DNA of 64,000 nucleotides from a bacterium (GCA_030431975.1 JAUIHP010000014.1:38235-102234), one strand, 5' to 3'; positions 53,852 to 64,000 are shown, counted from the stretch's first letter. Notes: generated by a model from the sequence alone, not told the origin. Numbers and translations: made by a program.

Positions 53852-54925
53852 GTGAACGATGAAGTAACCCCCGACGGTCTGGGACTCGCGGTCGGTATTG
53901 CCCAGATCGCGCCGGTCTTTTTGGATCCCGATCAGACGATTGCCAAGGCGGTGGCCGCGATCGACCAGGCGGCGGAGGCCGGCGCGGACCTGGTCGTTTT
54001 CGGGGAGACCTTGATTCCGGGCTATCCCTTCTGGTTGTCCCGAACGGACGGGGCCCGCTTCGAGTCGCCCGTGCAGAAACGGCTCTATGCTGCCTATGTC
54101 GATGCCTCGCCGACCATCGAGGATGGGGACTTGGATCCGATCCGTGAAGCCGCGGCTCGGCAGGACGTTTCCGTTGTCGTGGGTATTGCCGAGCGCGCTT
54201 CGGACCGCGGACGGCACTCCGTGTTCGCATCCAGAGTCTTCATCGACTCGGATGGGGACGTCCTTTCTGTTCACCGCAAGCTCGTCCCGACCTACGAAGA
54301 ACGGCTGGTGTGGGCCCATGGGGATGGAGCGGGTCTTCGCACGCACGACGTCGGTCCGTTCACCGTTGGCGCCCTCAACTGTTGGGAGAACTGGATCCCA
54401 ACCGCTCGCGCGGCACTCTACGGCCAGGGAGAGAACCTGCATGTCGCTTTGTGGCCGGGAAGCCGGAAGCTAACCGAGGACATCACCCGATTCATCGCTC
54501 GCGAGTCGCGGTCCTATGTCGTTTCGGTGGGCAACGTCCTCCGCGGTGAGGACCTGCCTGCGGACCTACCCGAGCGGGACCTGATCCTGGAAGGCGTCGA
54601 GGATGGCGATTGGCTTTTCGACGGTGGGTCCTGCGTCGCGAGTCCGGACGGTCAGTGGTTGTTGGAGCCGCAGTCCGAAGAGGAGGCGGTTTACGTCGTC
54701 GAGCTCGACTACGGAACGGTTCTGGAAGGGCGCCAGAGTTTCGATCCGGCCGGGCACTACGCACGTCCGGAGATCCTTCAACTAACCGTGGATCGGCGCC
54801 GTCACTCGAGTCTGCGAGTGATCGACGATATCGGTTCCAGCTTCGCGGCCTTCAACAACATCGATTTCGACGACGATGGGTTCGAAGACAACGAGTTCGA
54901 GGTTTCCGACCTCGACGACGACTGA
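53852..54925 (+). CDS. Carbon-nitrogen hydrolase (nitrilase/aliphatic amidase superfamily) with acidic C-terminal tail
   Basis: ADLVVFGETLIPGYPFW (catalytic Glu region); WENW…; Cys region; GTG start at 53852 after an AGGAGCC RBS; D/E-rich C-terminus. Confidence 0.75.
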   Translation: MNDEVTPDGLGLAVGIAQIAPVFLDPDQTIAKAVAAIDQAAEAGADLVVFGETLIPGYPFWLSRTDGARFESPVQKRLYAAYVDASPTIEDGDLDPIREAAARQDVSVVVGIAERASDRGRHSVFASRVFIDSDGDVLSVHRKLVPTYEERLVWAHGDGAGLRTHDVGPFTVGALNCWENWIPTARAALYGQGENLHVALWPGSRKLTEDITRFIARESRSYVVSVGNVLRGEDLPADLPERDLILEGVEDGDWLFDGGSCVASPDGQWLLEPQSEEEAVYVVELDYGTVLEGRQSFDPAGHYARPEILQLTVDRRRHSSLRVIDDIGSSFAAFNNIDFDDDGFEDNEFEVSDLDDD

Positions 54926-54932
54926 ACCGTTC

Positions 54933-55625
54933 GTGCCCTCGGGCGGTGGCACCAGGTCCGTTTGGATTTCTGTCGTCTTTCGCGATGACCGGATCCTCGT
55001 CGTGGACAAGCCCAGCGGTATCGCCGTGCACCGTGGATGGGACCGCGCAGAGGATGTCCTTCTTCAGCAAGTCCGGTCACTGACGGGTGTTCTTGTCCAT
55101 CCGGTTCACCGGCTCGACAAGGCGACCTCCGGGCTGGTTCTCTTTGCCCTGGACAAAGAGGCCGCTCGATTCCTCAGTGGCCAGTTTGCCGCCGGCGAGG
55201 TCAAGAAGGAGTACGTCGGCATCACGCGCGGGCACCCGCCTGACGAGTGCCGCGTCGATCACCCCGTTCCCAAGCGGCCCAAGGGACCGCGCGTCGACGC
55301 GATCACCGATGTGCAGTGCGTGGAGACCTTCGGTCGGTACGCGCTCGTTCGTGCCATTCCCCGGACGGGACGTTTCCACCAGATCCGACGCCACCTCAAA
55401 CATCTCTCGTGTCCGTTGATCGGCGACGTCAACTACGGCAAGGGTGAACACAACCGGATCTTCCGGGAAGAGCACGGCCTGCATCGTCTGGCTCTCCATG
55501 CCGAGCGAATCCGCTTTATTCATCCCGATGGCGACGCGAGGTCACTCGAGACACCAATTCCGCCCGATATCGCCGGAGCGATCCGGAGTTGCAGGCAGAG
55601 ATACAAGCTCGAGGATCCGTCGTGA
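54933..55625 (+). CDS. RluA-family pseudouridine synthase
   Basis: ILVVDKPSGIAVHRG … HRLDKATSGLVLFA (catalytic Asp motif). GTG start inferred at 54933; stop overlaps the next start (ATGA). Confidence 0.75.
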   Translation: MPSGGGTRSVWISVVFRDDRILVVDKPSGIAVHRGWDRAEDVLLQQVRSLTGVLVHPVHRLDKATSGLVLFALDKEAARFLSGQFAAGEVKKEYVGITRGHPPDECRVDHPVPKRPKGPRVDAITDVQCVETFGRYALVRAIPRTGRFHQIRRHLKHLSCPLIGDVNYGKGEHNRIFREEHGLHRLALHAERIRFIHPDGDARSLETPIPPDIAGAIRSCRQRYKLEDPS

Positions 55626-56530
55626 TGAAAGAGGACGCAAGGCAGACCTGGGCGTACCCGGACCGTTTCGACTTCTTCGAGACGACCCGCCTGCTGCGAA
55701 CGGGAAACCGGGATCCGTCTTTTCAGCGTGAGGCCGACGGGTTCTGGCGCACAGCGCGGAACGAGGACGGCCCGGCCACCGTCCGCGTAACCGTCCAGAA
55801 TGGCGATGAAATCGAGGCCATGGCGTGGGGGCCTGGAGCTGAACAGTCATTGCGTTCCGTCCCCGAATGGCTGGGACTGAATGAGCCGCCGTGGGACCTG
55901 CCCCCGCATCCTGTGACCGACCGACTCTTTCGCGATCACACTGGATTGCGACTCACGAACACCGTGGATGTCTTTGAAGCGCTCCTCGTTTCCGTTCTGC
56001 AACAGAAGGTGACGTGGGACGAGGCCGCGTACTCCTGGCGGCGACTCCTCGAGGAGTTTGGTGAACCGGCCCCGGGTCCCAGGAAGGAAATGCGCGTCGT
56101 TCCGACTCCGCGTGATCTTCGGGAGGCTCGGCCCGCGCAGTTTGTCGAACTCGGGGTAGGGCGGCAGCAGGCGCAAACCCTGCGCGAACTCGGTTTCTGG
56201 GCACGAAAGCTTCAGGAGGCTGCGACCCTACCTACCGCCGATGCGCAACGGCTGTTGCAGAGTGCGCCGGGCATAGGTCCGTGGACCGCGGCCGTTGTTC
56301 TCGGTCATCGACTGGGACGTCCGGAGCCGTTGGTCTTCGGAGACTTCCATCTGCCTCACACCGTCTCCTGGGCTTTGGCTCGCGAGCCGAGGGGAACGGA
56401 TGAACGAATGGCGGAACTCCTTCAACCTTTCGAGGGACACGCCTTCCGTGTCGTCCGACTGATCTTTGCGTGTCGCATCGAGGCTCCGAAGTTCGGGCCG
56501 CGTCACCGCCTTCGATTCGGACGTCGGTAG
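55625..56530 (+). CDS. DNA-3-methyladenine glycosylase II-like (AlkA family, HhH-GPD)
   Basis: HhH-GPD motif (LLQSAPGIGPWTAAVVLGHRLGRPEPLVFGDFHL); ATG 55625 overlaps the upstream stop. Confidence 0.7.
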   Translation: MKEDARQTWAYPDRFDFFETTRLLRTGNRDPSFQREADGFWRTARNEDGPATVRVTVQNGDEIEAMAWGPGAEQSLRSVPEWLGLNEPPWDLPPHPVTDRLFRDHTGLRLTNTVDVFEALLVSVLQQKVTWDEAAYSWRRLLEEFGEPAPGPRKEMRVVPTPRDLREARPAQFVELGVGRQQAQTLRELGFWARKLQEAATLPTADAQRLLQSAPGIGPWTAAVVLGHRLGRPEPLVFGDFHLPHTVSWALAREPRGTDERMAELLQPFEGHAFRVVRLIFACRIEAPKFGPRHRLRFGRR

Positions 56531-56533
56531 CCG

Positions 56534-56887
56534 CTACTTCCGTCCGAAACCACGCATTCCGGCCCAGGCCATGACGAGGGCTCCAACAGCGGTGCCCGCG
56601 AGACTGGTCGGGAGACCGGCGATCACGGCCAGGAAGAAGGCGCGGGCCAGTGCCGGCCCTTTTCGATCCCGAGCCAGGTTTCGTTGGATGAGATAGACCC
56701 CGACTCCTGTGAGGACGAAAGCCATCAGTGAGGAGGCTGCCACGGTGGTCCCGACGCTGATCGCGGTGACTCCCCAGAAAACGTTGTCGACCAGAAGGCA
56801 GAGTGCGCCGCTCAAAGGGTGAAAACGACCGCGCGCGACCTCAGGCTCCGCTGTGTGTTGATGGGTTCGAACTTCTTCGCCGCGCAT
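56534..56887 (-). CDS. Small membrane protein (DUF456-like)
   Basis: Three or four TM helices; start at ATG 56887 with a GGAGGAA RBS. The ORF extends to 57082. Confidence 0.45.
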   Translation of the reverse strand: MRGEEVRTHQHTAEPEVARGRFHPLSGALCLLVDNVFWGVTAISVGTTVAASSLMAFVLTGVGVYLIQRNLARDRKGPALARAFFLAVIAGLPTSLAGTAVGALVMAWAGMRGFGRK

Positions 56888-57091
56888 GTTTCCTCCGTGT
56901 AGGGAACGCCTGGAGAACGCCGCTCGCGCTACTTCTGTCGCGCATCGGCCGATGGGACTTCCAGACTCCTCCAGAATGACAGACACGGGTCCCATTGGGA
57001 AAGGACCCAGTCCAATCGCCGGTCCTTGCCTCTGGTCCGGCCGTGTCAGTACCCTTGTGTCTGCGCCACTTGACCTCGCCAAGGAGACACC

Positions 57092-59512
57092 ATGCCCACG
57101 TCCCGGTCCTTCGCTTTTCCGCAGCGTTCGTTTTCTCTTCGACTGACCGCACGTTCCGCACGTTCCGCACTTTCCACTCTTTCGACCGTGGCGTTCTCAC
57201 TCGTCGCTCTCTCGTTCGTCTCCGTCGAGGCCCAAGCCGACGATCTGGTGCGAGTCAAGTATCGCGACAAAGGCGAGTACCTTCGACTGATCGCTGCCTT
57301 TCCCGAGGCCACGGACTGCGGCTCCACGTCCTCTGACAACGGCCGCGAGTTCGTAGTCACAAGTGATCGCCTTTCCGATTTACAAACCCAGGGATTCGAC
57401 GTCGAAGTCGTGCAGGCGGATCTCAACTCCTTCTATGGGTCGCGGATCTCCGGCGGCGGGCTCTTTGGTGACTTCCACACCTACACCGAAGCGATCGCAG
57501 CCATGGACGCGTTCGTGGCGGCCTACCCCGACCTGATCTCACCGAAGTTCTCCATCGGACAAACGATCGAAGGACGGGAGATGTGGGTCTACAAGATCTC
57601 GGACAATCCGACCGTTGATGAGGACGAGGCCGAAGTCTTCTTCAATGCCTACATCCACGCTCGCGAGGCGATCACTTTCGAGATCATTCGCAACCTCTCC
57701 GACCATCTTCTTTCCAACTACGGAACGGACCCCGATGTCACGGAGCTCGTCGACAATCGGGAGATCTATCTTCTGCCTGTGACGAATCCTGACGGTGTCG
57801 AGTACAACGCACAGACTGATCCGGGGGGAGGTGGTCTCTGGAGAAAGAACCGCAGACAGAACAGCGGCGGTTCTTTTGGCGTCGACCTCAATCGGAACTT
57901 CGGCTTCAACTGGGGATACGACAACAGCGGTTCGAGCGGCAGTCAATCATCCGCGACCTACCGTGGGACGGCTCCCTTCTCCGAGCCGGAGACACAGAAC
58001 ATTCGCGCCTTCGTCAACTCACGCGAGTTCGGGATCATCATCAACTACCACTCCTGGGGCGACCTCGAGATCTACAGCCCCGAGTACGACAGTTTTCTCG
58101 GAGAGGACTACGATGAGCTTCTCGCGCTCACGCGGAAGCGTACTCAGCACAGTGGATACATCGGCGGGACGACTTGGCAGATCCTCTATCCAATCAACGG
58201 TGGCGCCACCGACTGGATGCAGCTCGAGGAGACGGAGAAGCCTCCGATCTTCACGATCCTGACGGAAGTGGGCGAAGCGTTTTGGCCCCCGGAAAGCCAG
58301 ATCCCGGCCCTGGTCGCGGAGAATCTCGAAAGCAATCTCGAGATGATCGAGTTGGCCGACAATCCGCTGCGAGCTTTGGATCCGGCCCCGAGCGTCGTCG
58401 ACGAACTGGACACGGTTGGCCGCAACTTCACTTTGACCTGGGGAGATCCGGCGGCCGACCCGGACAATCCCGCGGTGGCCTGGAATCTGATCGAGTCGAC
58501 GGGACGGACCGAAGCCGCGGAAGACTTTGAATCCGCATCAGCACGGTGGGATCTTGAGGGCTTCAGCTTTTCGACGAACCGTGCGTTCTCGGGAACGCAG
58601 AGCCTTCACTCGTCACAGTTTCAGGACGACCGCAACGACATCGCGGTTTCGCGGCGGGCCTACCTCGTCGAACCGGGCGACGAATTAACCTTCATGACCT
58701 GGTACAACATCGAACCCGATTGGGACTACGGCTTCGTTGAAATCAGCGCAGACGGCCGCACCTACGAACCGCTCGCAGGTTCGATCACGACCACTTCGAA
58801 TCCCAACGGGCGCAACACCGGGAACGGAGTCACCGGATCGAGCGGTGGAGGCTGGGTCGAGGCCACGTTTGACTTGTCCGCCTACGAAGGACAGTCCGTC
58901 TGGATTCGCTTCCGCTTTCAGTCGGATGGCGCTACCAACCGCGAGAACTGGTACATCGACGACATATCTCCCTGGGAACTCTTCGCGACGTCCAACGTCA
59001 TCGGCTCCGAGCTGACGGAGAGCCAGTTCACCTTCGTCAACAAGCTCGACGGGATCTATTTCTACCGGGTGGAAGCCATCGACCCGGATGGAGACTTGGC
59101 GCCCTACTCACCCTCTGTCCGCGTTCAGGTGACCGGGGCGGCGTCGACGCCCAACGGACCCGATTCCCGAGTGACGTGGGGAGGGATTCAGTTCGCGGCC
59201 CATCACCCGTTCCAGGAAGAGGCGCGCATGAGTTTTCGGGTACCGCAGAATCTGACCGAGGGAGACGCGATCCGGCTGACCGTCCACGACGCCCAGGGAC
59301 GTCAGGCCATGCCTCCTTTGACCGGCACCGTCGGCGGAGAGCTTCGCACGACGTCCGATCACATCCGCGGGCGGGCCGACCATGGGAAACTGCTTCCGGG
59401 CAGCCTCGTCGAGCTTCAGTGGACGGCGAACGATGTGGGCACGGGAGTCTACTTCGTCGCGTTGACCGCAGGAGAACATCAAAGTCAGAAGCGGGTCATC
59501 CTGATGCGGTAG
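57092..59512 (+). CDS. M14 zinc carboxypeptidase with extended beta-rich region and T9SS-type C-terminal domain
   Basis: Signal peptide; M14 motifs (HAREAITFE, NPDGVEY, …HSWG…); C-terminus …GTGVYFVALTAGEHQSQKRVILMR resembles the CTDs of the other cargo proteins. Confidence 0.8.
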   Translation: MPTSRSFAFPQRSFSLRLTARSARSALSTLSTVAFSLVALSFVSVEAQADDLVRVKYRDKGEYLRLIAAFPEATDCGSTSSDNGREFVVTSDRLSDLQTQGFDVEVVQADLNSFYGSRISGGGLFGDFHTYTEAIAAMDAFVAAYPDLISPKFSIGQTIEGREMWVYKISDNPTVDEDEAEVFFNAYIHAREAITFEIIRNLSDHLLSNYGTDPDVTELVDNREIYLLPVTNPDGVEYNAQTDPGGGGLWRKNRRQNSGGSFGVDLNRNFGFNWGYDNSGSSGSQSSATYRGTAPFSEPETQNIRAFVNSREFGIIINYHSWGDLEIYSPEYDSFLGEDYDELLALTRKRTQHSGYIGGTTWQILYPINGGATDWMQLEETEKPPIFTILTEVGEAFWPPESQIPALVAENLESNLEMIELADNPLRALDPAPSVVDELDTVGRNFTLTWGDPAADPDNPAVAWNLIESTGRTEAAEDFESASARWDLEGFSFSTNRAFSGTQSLHSSQFQDDRNDIAVSRRAYLVEPGDELTFMTWYNIEPDWDYGFVEISADGRTYEPLAGSITTTSNPNGRNTGNGVTGSSGGGWVEATFDLSAYEGQSVWIRFRFQSDGATNRENWYIDDISPWELFATSNVIGSELTESQFTFVNKLDGIYFYRVEAIDPDGDLAPYSPSVRVQVTGAASTPNGPDSRVTWGGIQFAAHHPFQEEARMSFRVPQNLTEGDAIRLTVHDAQGRQAMPPLTGTVGGELRTTSDHIRGRADHGKLLPGSLVELQWTANDVGTGVYFVALTAGEHQSQKRVILMR

Positions 59513-59701
59513 CCGGACCGAGCGCGGTTGGGTGTGGTTAGGCGCGGTTTGAAGTCGGTCGCGCAAACCGTCTGCGTTCCATGTATTCTCCCGTCCATAG
59601 CCGCGAATAGAGACGGAAGCACGCGGTATCTTTTCGAGGCGCCTCGCTCTTTCAGCGGGCGCCCCCAGCCGAGACAACCTTAGGGCTTAGGGAGGAATCC
59701 A

Positions 59702-60733
59702 ATGGATCCGCACGCGACCTGGTACATCGCTGTCGATGGCAAAGACGAGGGACCCTTCACCAAAGATCAGATGCTGGCCAAACTCGAGGCCAACGACATC
59801 AACCGCGAGACCTACGTGTTCACGCCCGGAATGGCCGACTGGGAGCCGATGGGCAAGCTCTCTGCCTTCAACGTCGCTTTCCAGGGCCCCGTGACCAAGC
59901 CGCCGGCACCTCCGAAGGGGCCGACCATGGCTGACGAAATCGACTACGAGATCTTCGGCGAGGAAATGCAGTTCGTCGAGATCACCCTCGATCCGGGAGA
60001 GGCCACCGTCGCGGAAGCCGGTGCTTTCATGTACATGGAACCCGGAATCCAGATGGAGACGATCTTCGGCGACGGCAGTGCCAAGGCGAACGAGGGCGGC
60101 TTCATGGGCAAGTTGCTCGGCGCCGGCAAGCGGCTCCTGACGGGCGAGTCTCTCTTCATGACCATGTTCGGCAACTCCGCCAATGCACGGCAGAAGGTCG
60201 CTTTCGCCTCGCCCTATCCGGGCCGAATCATTCCGATCGACCTCATGCAACACAACGGGACCATGATCTGTCAAAAGGACTCGTTTCTGTGTGCAGCGAA
60301 AGGCGTCTCCGTCGGAATCGCGTTTCAGAAGAAGCTCGGCGCCGGACTCTTCGGCGGTGAGGGATTCATTCTGCAGAAGCTGGAAGGGGACGGACTCGCG
60401 TTCGTTCACGCCGGCGGTCACGTCGTCTCCCGCGACCTCGCCCCGGGAGAGACCATGCGCCTGGATACGGGCTGCCTGGTCGCCTTCGAGTCCCAGGTCA
60501 GCTATGACATTCAGTTCGTGGGCGGCGTCAAGACGGCGCTCTTCGGCGGCGAAGGACTTTTCTTCGCGACGATGACCGGTCCGGGACGCGTCTTCATCCA
60601 GTCGCTGCCGTTCAGTCGCTTGGCCAGCCGCGTCTTTGCCGCTGCGCCGCAGACCGGAGGAAGCCGCAAGGGAGAAGGTTCGGTCCTCGACGCCTTCGGC
60701 GGACTCGGCAACATCCTTGACGGCGACAGATGA
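59702..60733 (+). CDS. DUF4339 (GYF-like) + DUF124/AIM24-family protein
   Basis: N-terminal [44 protein letters not shown] (DUF4339); remainder matches the AIM24/TIGR00266 pattern. Confidence 0.65.
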   Translation: MDPHATWYIAVDGKDEGPFTKDQMLAKLEANDINRETYVFTPGMADWEPMGKLSAFNVAFQGPVTKPPAPPKGPTMADEIDYEIFGEEMQFVEITLDPGEATVAEAGAFMYMEPGIQMETIFGDGSAKANEGGFMGKLLGAGKRLLTGESLFMTMFGNSANARQKVAFASPYPGRIIPIDLMQHNGTMICQKDSFLCAAKGVSVGIAFQKKLGAGLFGGEGFILQKLEGDGLAFVHAGGHVVSRDLAPGETMRLDTGCLVAFESQVSYDIQFVGGVKTALFGGEGLFFATMTGPGRVFIQSLPFSRLASRVFAAAPQTGGSRKGEGSVLDAFGGLGNILDGDR

Positions 60734-61413
60734 CGGCCCATTTCTCACCCGCGCTTTTCAAGTTCCTCAAGGACCTGAAGCAGAACAACAGCCGCGAGTG
60801 GTTTCAGGACAACAAGCCGCGCTACGAAGCCGAGGTCAAGGAGCCGCTCCTCGGTTTCATTGCCGAATTCGCGGGACCGTTGGGGAAGATCAGTCCGCAC
60901 TTCGTGGCCGATCCACGCCCCAACGGCGGATCGATGTTTCGGATCTATCGCGACGTTCGCTTCGCCAAGGACAAGTCCCCCTACAAGACGGTCGCGTCCG
61001 CGCAGTTTCGTCACGAGTCCGGCAAGGACGTTCACGCCCCCGGCTTCTATCTTCACCTGGAGCCGGGGAACTGCTTTGCCGGCGCCGGAATCTATGCGCC
61101 CGACACGAAGACCCTCGGGAAGGTGCGGGACCGAATCGTCGAGGATCCCAAAGCGTGGAAGAGCCTGCTCGGCCGCAAGGCCTTTCGCGAAACTTGGGAG
61201 CTGAGCGGTGACTCCTTGAAACGACCGCCTCGCGGATACGATCCGGAGCATCCGCTCATCGACGACCTGAGGCGGAAGCACTACATCGCGGTGACGAACT
61301 TCTCGCAGAAGGAGACGACGGAGGCCGACTTCCTGAAGAACTTTGCGAAGTGGTGCAAGGCGGCGGGGCCGTTCACGGAGTACATCTGCAAAGCCGTGGG
61401 CGTTCCGTTCTGA
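60730..61413 (+). CDS. DUF2461 / TIGR02453-family conserved hypothetical protein
   Basis: N-terminus [36 protein letters not shown] is typical of TIGR02453. ATGA overlap with the upstream gene. Confidence 0.65.
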   Translation: MTAHFSPALFKFLKDLKQNNSREWFQDNKPRYEAEVKEPLLGFIAEFAGPLGKISPHFVADPRPNGGSMFRIYRDVRFAKDKSPYKTVASAQFRHESGKDVHAPGFYLHLEPGNCFAGAGIYAPDTKTLGKVRDRIVEDPKAWKSLLGRKAFRETWELSGDSLKRPPRGYDPEHPLIDDLRRKHYIAVTNFSQKETTEADFLKNFAKWCKAAGPFTEYICKAVGVPF

Positions 61414-61445
61414 TCCGGGGTGTGATCCCGAAGTGCCAGCGAAGA

Positions 61446-62144
61446 CTAGAACAAGGCCTTGATCGCCCCCCATGTAGAGGTTTGAACCGGCGTGGGTTCG
61501 CAAGGGCGCACCTCCGCACCGATGCAGAGGGCTTGGGTCGGGCCCCAAGCCAGGGAGACGTGCTGCCATCCGGTAGGGAGTCCAAGGTCCGGCGCAATGT
61601 TGGTTAACGGTGTGCCGTTGCCGGAACCCGTTATGTCTGCTCCCAAGACCCATCCGGCCAGTTCACCCGGCCAGTTTCCCCAGTGTCCGCACCACCACTC
61701 GTCGGACGTGCAGCAAGCTTCACTCAGTTCGATTGCGTGTCGACTGAGGCTGGGCCAAAAGGCGATCGGCCCCGGGTCCACGTTGGGTTCGATGCAAAGC
61801 ACAGCACCCGGCTGGCCGTCCGAGTCGTCCCAGACGTACACGTCCATAGTCTGATCCGATTGGTTTCCGATCTGGCTTAGGTCCAGTAGGACCGAGCAAA
61901 CCTCGACCACGCCTGCGAACGACTCGGCGAACGCGCCGAAGTACGGAGGGGCGGTCCCGTCCAACTGCCAAGCATAGCCAGCGTCACATCCGTTCGTGTT
62001 GAAGAGAACAGTGCCGCACTCTCCCGCTTGCTCTGGGGCCAGAAGGCGGGTCTGAGTGGGGCCGACGGCCAATCGTTGTTGTCCATGCGCAACAGGTGTC
62101 AGACTGATTGCGAGGATGAGAGCGATTGGAGTCAGCGAGCCCAT
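61446..62144 (-). CDS. Secreted hypothetical protein ending in a TWGAIKALF motif
   Basis: Signal peptide (MGSLTPIALILAISLTPVAHG) after a GGAGG RBS; Cys-rich. The ORF extends to 62429. Confidence 0.55.
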   Translation of the reverse strand: MGSLTPIALILAISLTPVAHGQQRLAVGPTQTRLLAPEQAGECGTVLFNTNGCDAGYAWQLDGTAPPYFGAFAESFAGVVEVCSVLLDLSQIGNQSDQTMDVYVWDDSDGQPGAVLCIEPNVDPGPIAFWPSLSRHAIELSEACCTSDEWWCGHWGNWPGELAGWVLGADITGSGNGTPLTNIAPDLGLPTGWQHVSLAWGPTQALCIGAEVRPCEPTPVQTSTWGAIKALF

Positions 62145-62302
62145 GACATCTCCCGGAGGGTGGTTTCTATCCCAGTCTAAAGGTTTAGAATTGGGACGGC
62201 AGGCCGTTTTCTGTGCGGCGCGCGTTCCCCCGCTTCTGGGAGGCCAGGTGGTCTGGAGCGCCCGCTTCGTCGTTGTCTCTGAAACACTTTGGTTGAGGTG
62301 AA

Positions 62303-63430
62303 ATGGCAAACCTGGTTCGGTCGCTCTCATGCCTTCTGGTTCTCTGCCTCCTGGGCAGCCTGCCGGCTGCCCAGGCCCGTACATGGGATGTGTCGCCCGA
62401 CGGCGCGACTGGCGACGGCGATCTTGCAACGGTCGTGGCGCAGGCGACTGATGGCGACACGCTTCTTCTGGCGGCCGGGGAACATCCGTGGCAGTCGACA
62501 GATTCCATTCGGACGTCGTTGACCTGCATCGGCGCCGAAGGGGCCACGATCTCGATCGGCTTCGTTTGGGCCATAGGTGATACAGAGTTCTTCGCGGCCT
62601 CCGGCGTTACTTTCAGAGGGGCAACGAACTTTCGAAGCGTTGCGCAGATTCGCCTTGATCGATGCGTCTTTACGGGGTCGATACTTGCCGCCAGCATTGG
62701 TCTTAGCGAAGAGCTGTACATGACCAACTGCACAGTAGAAGGGAACGGAAACGTAGATCGGCGTGAGGCAGTGGGTGTCATTGTCGGTCACGGAACGGCG
62801 GAGTTCGTCGACTGTATCTTTCGAAACAACGTTTCGAGTGCCGGTCTACCGTTCGGAAAGGCGGGAGACGGGGGTGGCGCGGTGAGTATTCGCCAAGATG
62901 CCAGTGCAGTTGTTCGGGGCTGTGTGTTCGAGGACAACTCCGCGAACTCGGGAGGTGCATTCCATTTCGATGGTCGTGATCTGGTGTTTGAACAGAATAC
63001 TATAGTCAGAAACAACGGACACACGGGAAGCGTCGTCGTTCGGACATCGGGAACCAGTGCCCTGATACGAAACAACCTCTTTGCGGAGAACGGAACATAC
63101 GGTTTCTGGCTGGGAGAGGATGGCGCTTTTACTCCGCAGGTCTACTGCAATGCGTATTGGGCAAACGACGGATACCCGGACTCCAACTCACGTGATGGCC
63201 TTCAATGGAGGGCATCGTTCGCGGACGGCTACGAGGGCGCTGACGATTACTACACCGTCGTTGCGGACCCCGAATGGTGCGACGAGGCTCGGCTCATCGT
63301 GGGCGAAAGCTCCGACTTGGCAGAGCCGCCCGGGCCCTGCGAGCCTATGGGCGGAGCCCGTGACATCGGGTGCCCAAACCCGACGTTAGAGCGGTCGTGG
63401 GGTGACCTCAAGCGGCTGTTTGGCCGGTAG
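62303..63430 (+). CDS. Secreted right-handed parallel beta-helix protein ending in an SWGDLKRLFGR motif
   Basis: Signal peptide (LLVLCLLGSLPAAQA); repeated beta-helix rungs (…NNVSSAGLPFGKAGDGGGAVSI…, …NSANSGGAFHF…). Confidence 0.6.
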   Translation: MANLVRSLSCLLVLCLLGSLPAAQARTWDVSPDGATGDGDLATVVAQATDGDTLLLAAGEHPWQSTDSIRTSLTCIGAEGATISIGFVWAIGDTEFFAASGVTFRGATNFRSVAQIRLDRCVFTGSILAASIGLSEELYMTNCTVEGNGNVDRREAVGVIVGHGTAEFVDCIFRNNVSSAGLPFGKAGDGGGAVSIRQDASAVVRGCVFEDNSANSGGAFHFDGRDLVFEQNTIVRNNGHTGSVVVRTSGTSALIRNNLFAENGTYGFWLGEDGAFTPQVYCNAYWANDGYPDSNSRDGLQWRASFADGYEGADDYYTVVADPEWCDEARLIVGESSDLAEPPGPCEPMGGARDIGCPNPTLERSWGDLKRLFGR

Positions 63431-63588
63431 AGATCCATCCGCCAACTTGGGTAGAAACCAGCCGACCCGAGCCCCGAACGGGCACAGTGTCCGCTCTGCC
63501 AAAATGAAAGTTGTAGTTTCAATGTGGCAAGATAGCTTGTATCCTATTGGGAAGTAGTCACTTCCCTCACGCCGGTAGGACAGCCGCC

Positions 63589-64000
63589 ATGATCCCCAGA
63601 ACGCTCGCCCCCGTACTCGATCGCCGAGCCCGGGATTTCCCCGTCGTCTTCCTGACCGGACCGCGTCAGTCCGGAAAGACGACCCTGGCGAGAAGCACGT
63701 TCCCAGACTTCCAGTACGTGTCGCTCGAGGAACTCGCCACACGCCGGTTGGTGGAGGACGACCCGGCCGGCTTCCTGGCGGAGCTGGCCGGGAAGAGCGG
63801 CGCGATCCTCGATGAGGTCCAGAACGCGCCTGCCCTTTTCTCCTACATCCAGCGGTTCGTCGACGAGGAGCGCTCCGGCCCGTTGATCCTGACGGGATCA
63901 CAGAACTTTCTCCTCTCGGAAAGGATCTCCCAGACACTGGCGGGACGAGCCGCGGTGTTGGAGTTGCTTCCCTTCTCCGTGGCGGAGCTCTTCGGGCACG
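63589..64000 (+). CDS. AAA-type ATPase (DUF4143-containing ATPase family), 3'-truncated by the window edge
   Basis: Walker A (FLTGPRQSGKTTLA); N-terminal family pattern; the ORF runs off the window. Confidence 0.65.
   Translation, partial: MIPRTLAPVLDRRARDFPVVFLTGPRQSGKTTLARSTFPDFQYVSLEELATRRLVEDDPAGFLAELAGKSGAILDEVQNAPALFSYIQRFVDEERSGPLILTGSQNFLLSERISQTLAGRAAVLELLPFSVAELFGH

Overview
64 kb window, high GC (~68%), most likely a metagenomic contig from a Gram-negative bacterium. Secreted proteins carry Por/T9SS-type C-terminal sorting domains, NHL and ASPIC/UnbV beta-propellers and large multiheme cytochromes, which points to an FCB-group/Gemmatimonadota-like or candidate-phylum organism; no rRNA, tRNA or CRISPR is present to confirm this. 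The dominant feature is a divergent type III secretion (injectisome-like) core cluster on the minus strand (2497-15892): sctI?-sctJ-(FliG-like protein in the sctK position)-sctL-sctN-DUF2905-sctO, then an oppositely oriented vapBC cassette, then sctP-sctQ-(FliO-like)-sctR-sctS-sctT-sctU-(145 aa)-(TPR chaperone), followed on the same strand by a FIST-domain sensor and a histidine kinase. A detached needle module (SctE-like / needle-like SctF / TPR SctG-like) lies ~27 kb away at 42577-43663, and a FliA-type sigma-28-like factor at 30584-31303. No sctV, sctC (secretin) or sctD is in the window. A five-gene module at 18056-25953 (the genes are contiguous and overlap by a few bases) encodes three multiheme c-type cytochromes (16, 21 and 11 CxxCH), a di-heme cytochrome b membrane subunit and a putative outer-membrane beta-barrel, i.e. 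a porin-cytochrome extracellular electron transfer conduit. The remainder is accessory: T9SS-CTD cargo (M43 pappalysin-like protease, two ASPIC/UnbV paralogs, NHL propeller, M14 carboxypeptidase), an M64-like metalloprotease with no signal peptide, an AsmA-family giant protein with tandem repeats, an NSS transporter, and housekeeping genes (nitrilase, RluA, AlkA-like glycosylase, DinB-family, ArsR + SRPBCC). The ORF track reports GTG/TTG starts as M; several starts below were re-derived from RBS and overlap context.
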